DNA of 64,000 nucleotides from Octopus vulgaris (GCA_951406725.2 OX597816.1:163246001-163310000), one strand, 5' to 3'; counted from the stretch's first letter, positions 1 to 14,154 are shown. The notes: generated by a model from the letters alone, not told the origin. Numbers and translations are program-made.

Positions 1-190
1 CAGATGAAAAAAAATTTCAGATGCTCTTTGAAGACTTCTACATCTACATCTCGCAAATGTTTGAGATTGTTTGGCAGAAAGTCGAAGAGTCCTGGCCTTG
101 AAACCCAAGCTGTTACAATACTAGGTCCTTATTCGAGATGGAGAAGACGGGATCTTTGGTATTATGCAGTGATGTCCAGTTCGGAGGTTG
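1..190 (-). mobile_element. CR1/L2-like LINE ORF2 C-terminal remnant
   Basis: Minus-strand translation with stop/frameshift gives RTGHHCIIPKIPSS..RIRT*YCNSLGF..GLFDFLPNNLKHLRDVDVEVFKEHL, matching the 'LFN.LP..L......FK..L' C-terminal motif of CR1/L2-clade ORF2. Confidence 0.7.
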
Positions 191-294
191 GTCTTAGGTT
201 TCCTCATACTACGGACTTTTTCTTAAATAAGGCACATTTGAAGGAATTTGTTGTTACCATTGCTTGTTGTTGCTTCTTCTTCTTCTTCTTCTTC

Positions 295-364
<70 letters not shown>

Positions 365-674
365 CATTATTATTATTCTACTAGTCAGGACTCACGTCAT
401 TAGCCACAAAGAATAATCTCTAATTTGAGCCAACTCTAAGCTACTAAGAATGCGTGCGGCAACTTGAAGATATACCCATCACACGCGATAGACCGGCGGT
501 TGCACGGGCGCAAAAGCTACGTTGTTATCCTCATTCCGTAAACGGTGGCTTTTCAACGGGTGAAGAGCTGAACCATCCTGAGGTACAGAGGATTCGCAAT
601 CAGACTAGGGTCTGAAAGTTTACCACACCATAGTGGGTTACACCATAGTCACTCTGCTTTGTGGAAGAATTAGG

Positions 675-853
675 ACGAAATAGTGAGAGAAAGTTGTGGT
701 AAAGAGTACAGCGTTGTTCACCCCCACCCCGCCGGGGATCGTGGAGCTTAGGTGTTTTTGCTCAATAAACACTCACAATGCCCGGTCTGTAAATCGAAAC
801 TGCGATCTTACGACCGCAAGTCCGCTGCCCTAACCACTGGGCCATTGTGCCTC
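675..853 (-). mobile_element. tRNA-derived SINE type A, head fragment
   Basis: Reverse complement matches the head of the full copy at 4652 (GGCNCAATGGCCCAGTGGTTAGGGCAGCGGACT...GTTTCGAT; Pol III A/B-box-like). Confidence 0.85.
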
Positions 854-1815
854 GACTGTTGTTGTTGCTGTCGTCGTTGTCGTTGTTGTTATTGTTGCTA
901 TTTTTTAACCACAGGTTTGCCCTAAATGAGCATATCCTTGATCAAAGGTGTCTGAACAACAACTCGGGCAGAATTATGGACGATAACGTCTTTGCAGGTT
1001 GGATAATTTTGCAGACGCTCACGTGACTTGGCTTTGCCTCCATGCAGTGGCATTCTGTGAGTAACATTCATGTGTGCAGGCACAACAACAACAACAACAA
1101 CAACAACAACACATCAACAACCAACAAAAAAAAAACAATATCAAGAAGTATATGTTCACATAGAGTGGGCTGGTGAAATTAATACGCCAATTTCATTATA
1201 GAGTCACCGGCGGCGTATATGCCATTACACTTTAATAACAAACGCATTAAACTGTCTTAGTTGATTGAATGTAAAGGAAGTAGTTTCATTTTTGTTTATT
1301 TGTTTGTTTGTTTTTTTGCAAGGCTGTTCTTCTAAATACCATAACTCCCGCTGATGCTGAAAAATTCAACCTGACCACGTACATACACAGACACACACAC
1401 ATCTGTGATATAGTTGTTGCCTTGTAAAATATTTGCATTCGTAGATGCATAAGTAACATACATTTTGCTTTATACCTCCTTCTGCATATTCCTATAGATA
1501 AACATCTCTGTTTCCTCTTCCTAACTCGCTCACCTCCTCTGTATAATATATACATACAAACATACATACACATACACGGACGCACGCACAAATGCACACA
1601 CACACACATACACATATACACACACACATATAGGTACATTTACGCGCTGATGTAGCAGTAGCTCTGTGGTAAGAAGTTTACTTCCCAACCACTTTGTTCC
1701 GGGTTCAATTCCACCGTATGGTATCTTAACCAAGTGTCTTCTACTTAATCCACAAGCGAACCAAATCTTCGTCAGTCAGTGGATTTGTTAGATGGAAACT
1801 TAAAGAAGCTCACCA

Positions 1816-1898
<83 letters not shown>

Positions 1899-2072
1899 GT
1901 ATATATATATATATACAGCCTTGTATTTTTTATCTTATTACGCAAAAAATTCTTATATGTATATATATATAAACCAGCTTAGAGAAGAAGAAGAAGAAGA
2001 AGAAGAAGAAACGAAACGAAACCAAACGAATCGAATCGAATCGACGCGAAGGCGCTCAGTCATACAATAGTG

Positions 2073-2137
<65 letters not shown>

Positions 2138-2508
2138 AATAAGAAAATGGAGATTGGGAATTTGGTAATTGTTTGTTATTAACAAATTATTCATCATTCC
2201 TTACAGCTGCTTCAATTAATGCTCAGTAAATATTAATCAAATATTAAATTCGTATGACCTTAGCATTATAGCTTGAGAGGGGAAAAAATATTGCTCGGAT
2301 GTTTTATATGTATTTATGGATTCATTATAGCAGACTGAATGATTCCGCCAAAATGATAGGCATTGAACCAGTATTTCCTTGGATAGACCCATTCCTTCGT
2401 CAGGTTAGCACAACCTCTAATTATATATATATATATGTATATGTATATATATATATAAATAAATGAAAAGAATGGAGTCGAACGAAGATTTTATCAAAAT
2501 TCCTTTAC

Positions 2509-2589
2509 TTTCGACATATGTTTCGAAGACTGCATATTCTTAATTCCGAAGGAATGAAGGTTGCATTATGCCGTCTTCTCATCAGGAAA
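2509..2589 (-). ncRNA. Type I hammerhead ribozyme motif, canonical core
   Basis: Minus strand reads tttc-CUGAUGA-GAAGACgGCAUA...UAUGCaGUCUUC-GAAAC-auau-GUC-gaaa. It has a 4-bp stem I, an extended stem II, palindromic stem III ACAUAUGU and a GUC cleavage triplet. Confidence 0.85.
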
Positions 2590-3317
2590 TACAAGGAACC
2601 TCTATCAGCCTCAAGACGAACAAAAGCTTCTTACCGTCTGCCTACATGGTTTCCACAGTGATAATGAGTATTTATTTAAAATAATCCGTTATAAGCAATG
2701 ACGTCAAAATTGGTTGGAAGGAGGAAGTTTTAAAAAAATAGGAAGGGGACAGTTTTTATGCTGTATGTATGGGGATTGACGGGTGTATGTTTTGTTAATG
2801 AGTTTGAGTGTTTGTGTGTGTGTATGAGTGTGTGTATATAACTGCACCTGTGTCTATGTGTGTGTGTTTGCAAATGTATATGTGGGAGGGATAATTGTCA
2901 AATATATATAGTATTAATGTGAGAAATTTGTGTCTGTGTGTTTGATTGTGCGCATGATAGAGAGAGAGAGAGGGGGGGGAGAGGTAGAGAGAAAGAGATA
3001 AACATACGCCAACTATATTTAATGTTTGATGCAACAGAATAGAGAGGAAGAATTTGTCTACGGTAGTGGTGTAGACGTGAAATATATATACATATATATA
3101 TATATATATAAATATATATATGAAGAGAGAAAGAGATAGATAGAAAGATAGACAGGCGCAGGGTGCTGTCTGGTAAGTAGCTTGTTTACCACCAAACACA
3201 TGGTTCAGGGCTCAGTTCCACTGCGTGGTACCTTGCGCAAACTTCTACTATAGTCTCGGGCTGACCAAAGCCATGTGAGCAGATTTCGTAGACGGAAACT
3301 GAAAGAAGCCCGTCGTA

Positions 3318-3414
<97 letters not shown>

Positions 3415-3529
3415 TAGGAAAAGGATGCGTGGAGTTCGATCATATAATAGTATAAAAACTATATAAACATATACATATATACATACATATATGTACATAC
3501 TTACATCTATATGTATATATACATGCATA

Positions 3530-3686
3530 TATGGGTACAGGACATCAAAAAAAAACGTTGAATACAATGGGAAACGAAAAGAAAAAAACAAAAGCATAGA
3601 AACGAACTTTTTTTCGAACAACAGCGGAGAAACGAGACATGCAACATAAAGAATATTCCCCTTCATCAGTTGTCCCTGTTTCTTCT
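3530..3686 (-). mobile_element. Fragment of (TA)n-flanked repeat family also at 53893-54535 and 54608-54760
   Basis: Shares atatgggNacag(g/a)acNtcaaaa...gaaacgagaca.gcaacataaagaa...cccttcatcagttgtccc with the other two copies. Confidence 0.8.
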
Positions 3687-4576
3687 ATATATAAGCAAAT
3701 TTGTTGAAAATGCAATAAATTTTGGAAAACTTGTAATTATTCAAAATACATTTATTTACATATATATCAAACTAGTTTCAACATATTTTGTTTATCAATG
3801 GTAAAATTTTAAAATTATAAATTAGAAAAAAACATTTTAAAAAATTTCAATGTTGACAAATTAAAATGTTCATAACAGACAAATTTAGAATTATGAATTA
3901 AGAGGACAGGTACAGGAATTTCAATGTTGACAAGTTTAAATGTTCATAGCAGTCAATAATATTAAAATTGTACATTAATTTGTTTGAATGGACAATGCTT
4001 ATTAATGTTTGTAGTGATCGACAAGAAATGAATGTCATCAAAGTTTCAGAGATAATGACATAAGAGGCAATAAAACAAGGGAAAAATGAAAATAGTAAAA
4101 AAAGGGAATTTGGTTTATAGTTTCTCTGATCCTTCTTCCGTAGGAGCTTTTGCTTGTAGCGGTATGTTTTGGAATCAGGTGTATTTATCATTTTTTCCGC
4201 GATCGGATCTGATTTTTGATTCGTTAAAGTACTGGTAACATCTTGTTTTTTCGGTGATCAGGGTTGTCGTTCTGCCTGGTTGGCTTCTCTGTGGGGAACG
4301 GTCATCAGCCGTTCCGGTTGGTTGATTCTCTTAAAGGATCATTTCGTTGTATTTGCTGAAGTTCGGTTTTGATTGGTCTTGAGTTAGGTGACGTCAGCTC
4401 TTGTTCTTCCAGTCGGGTTTCGAAACCACAAATGCAAATCACCATACAAGCACCAGTTGCCGATGTTACCTACCTCTAGACCAATGAAATTTTACAAACA
4501 CCAGTTTCTAACGTCACCTAACCTTTCAAGGCAGTGCCCCAGCACGGCGGGGTCAGTCCAGTTAATGAAATGCACA

Positions 4577-5502
4577 TGCTGTAGCCAGAGAACTGCATGC
4601 GGTGGATGAAGTGTTGTGTGTGTCTTTCCAACTCCATAGGGTCACACATGTAGAGGCGCAATGGCCCAGTGGTTAGGGCAGCGGACTCGCGGTCATAGGA
4701 TCGCGGTTTCGATTCCCAGACCGGGCGTTGTGAGTGTTTATTGAGCGAAAACACCTAAAGCTCCACGAGGCTCCGGCAGGGGATGGTGGTGATCCCTGCT
4801 GTACTCCTTCGCCACAACTTTCTCTCACTCTTACTCCCTGTTTCTGTTGTACCTGTATTTCAAAGGGCCGGCCTTGTCACTCTCTGTGTCACGCTAAATA
4901 TCCCCGAGAACTACGTTAAGGGTGCACGTGTCTGTGGAGTGCTCAGCCACTTACACGTTAATTTCACGAGCAGGCTGTTCCGTTGATTCGGATCAACCGG
5001 AACCCTCGTCGTCGTAACCGACGGAGTGCTTCCAGTCCAGGGTCACACATGCGAGACACATTCTTCATCATTCTCACCAAGTCAGCTATAACAATGCTGA
5101 ACTTGCCGCTCTCCACAATCGCGTTCTTGCGAACAAGGTACTTAGAGGTCATGGGTTTGGCATAATGAAAGTGAAGGATCTGGACCTTACTGTTCTTCGT
5201 TTCTAGCTAGAGTTCAGTGTCTAAAACAAGTAGTCTATAGTTAGGGTGCTTACTAGGGTAGTCTATCATTATTTCTATACTCTGGTGCTTGGAGTTAGAT
5301 ATTTGCTGGATGCTCTATATAGTGTTAGCTTCTAGATCATCGACATTGTCTTGTAAAGGGTGATTTGGCTACTATGTTGATATCATCCACGTAGCGGTAG
5401 TGCATGGTTAGGTTTATGGAGCTCTCTGCTAATTTCTCTTTAAGTCTTTATCCCACCATACCATAAATACTGACACCGATGGCTGCACCTTCCTCTTTGC
5501 AA
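4577..5502 (-). pseudogene. Decayed Penelope-like element (PLE) reverse transcriptase, interrupted by a SINE
   Basis: Minus translation: EEGAAIGV..FMVWWD..HYRYVDDINIV..DYPSKHPNYRLLVLD..HFHYAKPMTSKYLV..LVRMMKNVSRMCD[SINE]PMELERHTQHFIHRMQFSGYS. YVDD lies at 5382-5393, with PLE-type Y.KP and SGY thumb motifs, stops and frameshifts. Confidence 0.85.
4652..5038 (+). mobile_element. Full-length tRNA-derived SINE type A with 13-bp TSD
   Basis: tRNA-like head and 3' tail ...gtcgtaaccgacggagtgc. TSD agggtcacacatg at 4638-4650 and 5039-5051. Confidence 0.92.
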
Positions 5503-6061
5503 AACGAATTGATACACACACACAGATATATATATATATATATATGTATATATTAATCAAAGGACATACAGAGTATGTCTACCTGCAGGAAATAACTGTC
5601 AAATCGCTTACTTAAACAACCGAAAAGATAGCACTGATAATCCTTCAGCTATTTAATGATTTTTGGAGCCTGCAAAGTGTCAGAGGCAGGGCTAACATTC
5701 ACTTTTTACATTGGTTTGTGAATATACAATTTTATTGAATAATGCATAGCATGCATACTAATGCAAATATATAAACATAATTTATTCCACACTGAAATTA
5801 TTACAACTTGAATAAAGCTACGAAACGGCTGTAACCCTAAGGATGTTAAATGATTAAATAAATTCACCTCTCATACCTCTTGGACTTTTATGGTTTATAT
5901 ACGTTTCGTGAAATAATTTAATCGATCAGCTCTTCTGATCGATTTTCTGTATGGGATGACTATGTGGATTGCTATCCGAGTCCTACAAGAGGAGCTTTAA
6001 GTGTTAGCCTCACAATTCGCTAAATTCATATCTTACACAACAAATTTATAAATATATAGTA

Positions 6062-6111
<50 letters not shown>

Positions 6112-6342
6112 TATGTGTGTGCGTGTATGTGTGTGTGAAGCCATATTTTTATCTGTGTATCTAAGAACAACGTATACTCCTAAGATCATAGCTGCTATTG
6201 ATGAGTTTTATGATTAGTTCGTTTAGTTATGTATACACCTGTCTATCCATCAGTCTGTTCCTGCACTTGCGTCCATGGCAATTATTTACCTGTTTATATA
6301 TCCATAAACTAGCGATTATAGATACATACATACAGCAAGACT

Positions 6343-6441
<99 letters not shown>

Positions 6442-6616
6442 GCGCACACACACACTCACACATACAAATATATATGCATATACATGCAGACTACACACAC
6501 ATACAAAGACATATATAATTACCTTCTTATCTACGTTTCCCGCTCTCTGACTAAAATCGATCTATTTATCTGCAAATCTACGACTGCTTGTCTATAAGTT
6601 AGTCCGTATAACTTCT

Positions 6617-6656
<40 letters not shown>

Positions 6657-6818
6657 GGGTATCTACCCATAAATCTATTTCACTGCTTATCTCTCTGTAT
6701 ATTTGCTTGGCTACACATTTGCACATTTTCGTACACATACATACACACACACCCTGCCACACACGCGCACACATACATATACCATACATATATACAGATA
6801 TATCCATATATATCTGCA

Positions 6819-7210
6819 TAGGCGCAGGAGTGGCTGTGTGGTAAGTAGCTTGTTTGCCAACCACATGGTTGGGCAAATGTCTTCTATTATAGTCTCGGGC
6901 CGACCAAAGCCTTGTGAGTGGATTTGTAGACGGAAACTGAAAGAAGCCCGTCGTATATATGTATGTATATATGTATGTGTGTGTGTTTATGTTTGTGTGT
7001 CTGTGTTTGTATCCAGAACATCGCTTGACAACCGATGCTGGTGTATTTACGTCCCCGTAACTTAGCGGTTCGGCAAAAGAGAACGACAGAATAAGTACGA
7101 GGCTTACAAAGAATAAGTACTGGGGTCGATTTACTCGGCTAAAGGCGGTGCCCCAGCATGGCTACAGTCAAATGACTGAAACAAGAGTGAAAGAGTGAAA
7201 GAGTAAAGAG
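6819..7210 (+). mobile_element. SINE type B (tRNA-like head, internal TA/TG tract, (AAAGAGT)n tail)
   Basis: aggcgcaggagtggctgtgtggtaag head, gaaagaagcccgtcg-(TA/TG) middle, gcggttcggcaaaagag...atgactgaaacaag tail. About 20 copies or fragments occur in the window. Confidence 0.9.
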
Positions 7211-7240
7211 TATACACACCACGCACACACACACAAACAC

Positions 7241-7324
<84 letters not shown>

Positions 7325-8104
7325 GTCTGTCTATATATATATATATATATACTTTTGTGTGTGTGTGTGTGTGTACAAAAGTATATAGATGGTATAGATA
7401 AACAAATTCACACACATGTGTGCGTGAAAGCACACAATCCCATGCTCTCATACACACAGATACAGGCATCCATTGTTATATTTATTTCTCTATGTATATC
7501 ATCATGCCTCTGTGTTCGCCATTTTATCTTCATTTATATCTATTAACGGAACCGTTTGTCTATATTCCTGGCTATATTTGTTTAAGTGGGTAGAAATAGG
7601 AATTTAGGCTTTGTTTGATGAATTTACATTATAATTAACACGGTAAAATATGAATTAATTAATACGAATTTAAGAATTAAGAATTTAAGCAATTAATTAA
7701 GAATTTAATTTAATATCTTAATTAACTTCTTAATTATGACGTACGTTGAGATACGTATGCAAATGCGTCTGTAAGTGTACATGTGTGTATCAGTGTGCGC
7801 ATGGGTCGTTATCTGGATGTAGTTGTGTATGTATTAAAAAGGTGACTTACAGATAGAAAAACACAATAGAGACGTCCATGGATACTTAAAGTGCTTACAC
7901 ATTCTCGCTGCGGTCTTATCGTTTCCCAGGACGAGATGAGACATTTTGGCACAGCCGTTTTGGCGCTACTTATCTGGCGCCGATGTTTTGACGCTGACTT
8001 ATTTGACATTAGACATCTTGATCCTTCTTGCATTCTAATGTTTATCTCGTTCTCTCACCTCTCTCCCTCCTTTCTCTTTCTCTCTCTCTCTCTCTTTCTC
8101 TATA

Positions 8105-8149
<45 letters not shown>

Positions 8150-9043
8150 TACACACACTCTCTCTCTCTCTCACACATACACACACACACTCTCTCTCCC
8201 TCTCTTAAAGGATGTGAAACTATGTTTTTCTCTTCATGTATATGATGAGACAGAAAGAGTTTGTGTCAGTCGTGTTTAATTAATACATTACAATTTATGT
8301 ATCTCTCTTCTTGTCTCTCTCCCTGTCTCTCTCAGCATACCGAGAAAGAAAGGGTCTATGTCAATCGTGCTTAATTAATAAATTGTAATGCATCTCCGTC
8401 TCTTTCTCTCTCTCTCTTTCTCTCTCTCTCACTCTCTTTCGCTTTTCTTCTCATTCTCTGTTTCGCTCTCTCTCGCGCTTTCTTTCACTCTCTCGCTCTT
8501 TCTCTCACGCACTCTCTCTCTCTCACTCCCGCTCTCGCTCTTTCTCTCTCTCGCTTACTCTCTCTCTCTGTAACTTAGTCCGGCAAAAGATACCGATACA
8601 ATAAGTACTAGGTTTACAAAGAATAAGTCCTGGGGTCGATGTGCTCGACTAAAGGTGGTGCTCCAGCATGGCCACAGTCAAATGATTGAAACAAGTAAAA
8701 GAGTAAGAATATATATATAAGTAAAATCTCACTGCGGACAAGGCTACGTGGCATTCGATTATAAATAAATAAATATAAAATACATCAAGTACAGGGCATC
8801 ACCAACGACTAAAAAATACGTAAAGTACTGGACAAAATGCCACAAGAAGTCTAACCCTCTCCTCAGTTATCGACTGTTAATTACTCCCTATTTCGAGTTT
8901 TCAACGACATTATAGGAACACTTTATTAAACAGCAGCAGCTAGAAACTTTTAAAATATAAGATCGCTGACGAGATTGCCAGCAAACTTTGTGTTCTTGAA
9001 ATGCAGTTCTCTGATACAAAGTATTAGTTAACCCTGTTCTCCA

Positions 9044-9440
9044 TACTCTTTACTCTTTTACTTGTTTCAGTCATTTGACTGCGGCCATGCTGGAGCACCG
9101 CCTTTAGTCAAGCAAATTGACCCCGGACTTATTCGTTGTAAGCCCAGTACTTATTCTATCAGTCTCTTTTGCCGAACCGCTAAGTGACGGGGACGTAAAC
9201 ACACCAGCATCGGTTGTCAAGCAATGCTAGGGGGACAAACACAGACACACAAACACACACACATACATATATATATATACATATATACGACATGCTTCTT
9301 TCAGTTTCCGTCTACCAAATCCACTCACAAGGCATTGGTCGGCCTGGGGCTATAGCAGAAGACACTTGCCCAAGATGCCACGCAGTGGGACTGAACCCGG
9401 AACCATGTGGTTGTTTAGCACACAGCCACTCCTGCGCCTA
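9044..9440 (-). mobile_element. SINE type B, near full length
   Basis: Reverse complement of the 6819 family. Confidence 0.9.
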
Positions 9441-9734
9441 TGTGTATGTTTTATTTTTATTTGCTTTATTCATTGAACTGCAGTCATACTAGAGCACCAC
9501 CTGAAAACGTAGTTAGTTGATTAGTCCACATTACTCTGTAAGATGTATAAGGGCGATTTCCCGATTTTCCGGTTTTTCTGGCATTTATATTCCTTCCTGG
9601 ACGGGACGCTGGTCTGTCACACAAAGCGTTTAACCGAACAAATCGGCGTGTGATTTAGCATAACTGAATTGTCATCGTCACGAACCGTAGGTCTGCAGCA
9701 CTTTAACGACACTACAACAAAGCCTTTCCGATTA

Positions 9735-9870
9735 AGCTTTAGTTCTCCAGCTGCTTTGCCACTCTTGCCCAACGAGTTCTTGATATTCTCCATCCGTTGC
9801 GTTCTTCGCCTGCCTCTTTATCTACGGCCCACTACTCTTCCTTCTGAATACACACAGGCAAACACTTTCT
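9735..9870 (-). mobile_element. RTE-like LINE 3' remnant
   Basis: Minus translation EGRVVGRR*RGRRRTQRMENIKNSLG resembles the RTE C-terminal 'EG.V.G.R.RGR.R..W..NIK' motif. Confidence 0.55.
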
Positions 9871-10595
9871 AACTCATAAGTAACACTGTTGATTGCAAAC
9901 CACTTTAGGTATTTCCAGGACGGAATCCGTACATCAGATTTGCGATTTGCGGTGTGTATTAAATTTAACACCAAATAATGATTTTGCTTATCGTTTCTTA
10001 TGAATTTGAAACTATTGTCGATGCTAATAATGCTGCAACTAACATGCCATAAATAATAACATCATGGCGTGTTAATAATATATATTGAAGTGTCTGTGCA
10101 TGTGCACATGTGTGAATGAGGGTAACTGCGGGTGAAGGAGAAAAATACGTGTGCGAGTAGGAGCGTTTTGGTGTGTGTAGTTGAAAGTGATAGATGTAAA
10201 TTTATGTAATATCTGTTTATTTAAATATACGCATACGCATACGCGCGCACACAAGCGCACACACATCTATTGACATACATGCATGCGTATAAATATATAT
10301 GAATATCTATATATACACACACGAACATATATATATATATAAATACGTATATATATATATATATATGTGTGTGTATTCATAAATATATATTATGTATACA
10401 GATGTTTATACATGCCTGTGTATGTATATATATATATATATATACATACATATGAATATGTATATTTATCTCTCCCTATCTCTCCCTATCTCTCCCTGTC
10501 TGTATATATATATATATACACATATATATTTGTATAAATATATATAAATATATATATATATATGCATGTATGTATGTATGCGTATGTGTGTATGC

Positions 10596-10798
<203 letters not shown>

Positions 10799-11139
10799 TA
10801 TATACAATTACTAATTCATGAAATCCCAGCATTGGCATATTGCAAATGGCAGCTGTAATGGCAGATAAAATTACATGAAATAAAGCCTCTCAATTTTAAT
10901 TCTTTTTTTATTATTATTATTAATTCGGATCTTGCTACTCACTGGGATTCCTGATTCTGTTTCTGTAAGTAGCAGTGCCATTATCTGCCACTAACATCTA
11001 GCACATGTGATGACATTCAATTTACATCCTACAGGTTTGCGCCAATAAAATTTATCTGCATTTCTTAAGGATGTACGGAGATTGGGATATGAAAGCCTGT
11101 GCCCCAGCTAATACTAAACTAACACAAATATAAATACAT

Positions 11140-11184
<45 letters not shown>

Positions 11185-11571
11185 TGCATACATATATGCA
11201 TAGATACACACGGACCCATTCTTGCATATGATGTATATTACCAATTATTATTTTCGAGTTTATTTGTTTTAACACGGGCCTACACATATACACACACTCT
11301 CTCTCTCTCACACACATACATACACAAATACACACACACACTCTCACACACACACACATACACTCTCTAACACACACTCTCTCTCTCACACATACACAAA
11401 TACAGACGCACATTCTCTCTCACACACACATACACACACAGATACACACACACACACTCTCTTTTACACACAGACACACTCTCTCTCTCTCCCTCACACA
11501 CACATACTCAAATACACGCACACACATACACTCGTACATACATACAGATGTAGACAAAGATGACTTTACAG

Positions 11572-11830
11572 AGAATGGTAAGTCAAAAGAATATTGATGA
11601 AACTTAAAACTCAAAACAGCCGCCAAGTTAAAACACAACTGGACAGATATCGTTGTGTGGGACCACTAGGAAAAGATATGGTCTTGTGGAAATCAGCTGC
11701 CGTCTGGACACCGATGTGGTCAGAAAAATACCGGAGAAAGAGGACATCTGCGGACCATTGATGAGGAGCCTGCAAATACAGTACCTATTTCAGCTTCGTA
11801 CTTATTATTATTGGGGCAACAGGATACGTG
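11572..11830 (+). mobile_element. R4/Dong-like LINE restriction-like endonuclease remnant
   Basis: ENGKSKEY..LKHNWTDIVVWDH..VEISCRLD....EKEDICGPL...LIIIGATGYV, a degenerate PD..(D/E)..K RLE. Confidence 0.75.
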
Positions 11831-11947
11831 TCAAATGTGACACGACAACCATTTGACTGGGACCCGCAGGGGAAAAGGAAGCGAGGACGCCCGAAGCAGA
11901 CATGGAAGCGGAGCGTTTTGGACGAGCTCAAGGGGAAAAAGGATTAA
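11831..11947 (+). mobile_element. RTE-like LINE C-terminal remnant
   Basis: NVTRQPFDWDPQGKRKRGRPKQTWKRSVLDELK*, followed by (GAA)n. Confidence 0.8.
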
Positions 11948-12055
11948 GAAGAAGAAGAAGAAAAAGAAAGAGACGGAGAAGATGTTGAAGAAAGAGAAGA
12001 AGGAGAAGATGATGAAGATGAAGAAGGAGATGAAGAAGAAGAGGAAGAAGAAGAA

Positions 12056-12097
<42 letters not shown>

Positions 12098-12565
12098 GAA
12101 GAAGAAAAAGGAGATGTTGAAGAAAGAGAAGGAGATGAAGAAGAAAGAGAAGAAGAAGAAGAAGAAGAAGAAGAAGAAGAAGAAGAAGAAGAAGAAGAAG
12201 AAGAAGAAGAAGAAGAAGAAGAAGAAGAAGAAGAAGAAGAAGAAGAAGAAGAAGAAGAAGAAAAGGCGGTCGGAGAAGGATATGCAAAATTCTGGCTGGA
12301 GTAAAGTACGACGACTTGGGTTCTTGGGTTCTTGCACTTCCTTCTCTCCTGCACTACAATTGATTACGATATCCGAGACAATAATAATCTGCAAGACGTT
12401 CTTATGTTTTAAAAGAAAATGAATAAAAGATGGTTTCATTAGAAACCTTGCTTCCAAGCGGCTGGCCGGTCAGAATTAATTCCGAATTAAAAACAGAAAA
12501 AGAATGCATATATATATATATATAACTCAATATGCACTGACTACAAATATTGCACACATACATGC

Positions 12566-12675
12566 AAAATATACCCTGTTGATGTTGAAATTCCAGTGAA
12601 GAAGCTTTGGATCTAGATTAGAAACCGGCCCTTTCTCTATTGGCAGCAAATCATGAAATAAAACTGAATAATGAT
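12566..12675. repeat. ~100-bp hairpin-containing element near CATA-type repeats (second copy 13990-14090)
   Basis: Both copies read tgttgaaattcca.tg.ag.agc.tt.gatctag.ttagaaaccggc.ctttctctattggca...actgaataatga. Confidence 0.75.
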
Positions 12676-13620
12676 ATACATATATGGTGACTGTTGAATC
12701 GTTAGACGAGTATGACTACCGCTGACAAATTATAATTCTATTTTTTTCAGATGCCATAGGCCCAACAATGGCTCCTAAAACCAGTATTTTTTGTTAACGA
12801 TGCAGCATTCATATTCGGGTGTTGCAATTGGGTACTGGCTCTATACAGCATCTTCAGTGTATTCTTTCACGTGCATTATGAGTCCAGATCAGCTGGAAAA
12901 TTCCCTACATTATAAATTGTATATCAGATTGGCCTGCTAGAAATTTCAGCTAATGATTGAACTCTCTTAAGAAGAACCTAAATAAAACTCCAAGAAAAAA
13001 ACATACACATGCCTCAGCATGGCCACAGCTCATGAGCTGAAACTAGATCAAATCAAATCAATACATACCCGTGACGCATTATGTAGCTGCAAAGACTATT
13101 TACAATGTTATAAGCAAGAAGGATTGACCTGACGTATACATCAAAAACGTGTCAGAACCAGTATGTTGTCACACCTTTAAAAGCAGAGAATTATGGTGGA
13201 AGGCTCCTATAAAAACAGCAATTAAGCGCAAAAATAACAGACCTGATACAGTTCTGTGGTGTAGGAAACAGAAGTCATGTACTGTTGTGGTCGTCAGCGA
13301 CCGGCCTGCGCTCTCTGAATAACTTAACGCTCAAAGAAAAATCGTACACACATTCATACACACGCACTCATACATACATTCATACATACATACATAAATT
13401 CATACATACATTCATACATATATACATACCTACATACATGCATTCATACATTCATGCATTCATTCATACATACATTCATTCATGCACAAATACATACATA
13501 CATACATACATACATACACACATACACACATATACACATACATACATACACACACAAACATACATATATACACACATGCACACACACATACATACATACA
13601 TACATACATACATAAATACA

Positions 13621-13654
<34 letters not shown>

Positions 13655-14154
13655 CACACACGCACACACACATACATACATACATACATACATACATACA
13701 TACATACATACATACATACATGAATGCATTCTTGAGAAATTAGGCTTCTCTAGATCAGAAATAAGAAATCTAATTCGAAGACTTCAGATCCAATCCATCA
13801 CTGGAACTGTAAAAATCTGTAAAACTTTCCAGGAGTTTATCATATAAATATATATGAGCATGTTTAGATATGCAACTATATGCATGAGAATACATACATA
13901 AACCAAAACTTACAAATCTGCACATAACTATATGTACATGCATGCATACATACCTACATGTATACATGCATGCATGCATACATACAAACAAAAATACTCT
14001 ATTGTTGAAATTCCAATGGAGGAGCCTTTGATCTAGTTTAGAAACCGGCTCTTTCTCTATTGGCAAGACATCTTGAACTGAATAATGACATACATACTTC
14101 CATACATACGTACGTACATACATACATACATTCATACATACATACATTCATACA

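Noticed and set aside
4652-4730. tRNA genes
   Set aside because: The tRNA-like segments are SINE heads continuing into shared bodies with TSDs, and no complete cloverleaf is evident.
5821-5836. Isolated hammerhead-like GAAAC...GUH halves (also ~16067, ~26568 minus, ~51590)
   Set aside because: No properly placed CUGANGA with pairing stems was found.
8965-9008. CTGACGA...GAAA hammerhead candidate
   Set aside because: Stems I and II do not pair convincingly.
12355-12395. Possible minus-strand terminal exon (ttgcag|..DYYCLGYRNQL*)
   Set aside because: Too short, with no partner exons or recognisable homology.
12730-12800. Strong plus-strand acceptor tttttttcag followed by a short frame
   Set aside because: It hits an early stop and has no supporting donor or homology.
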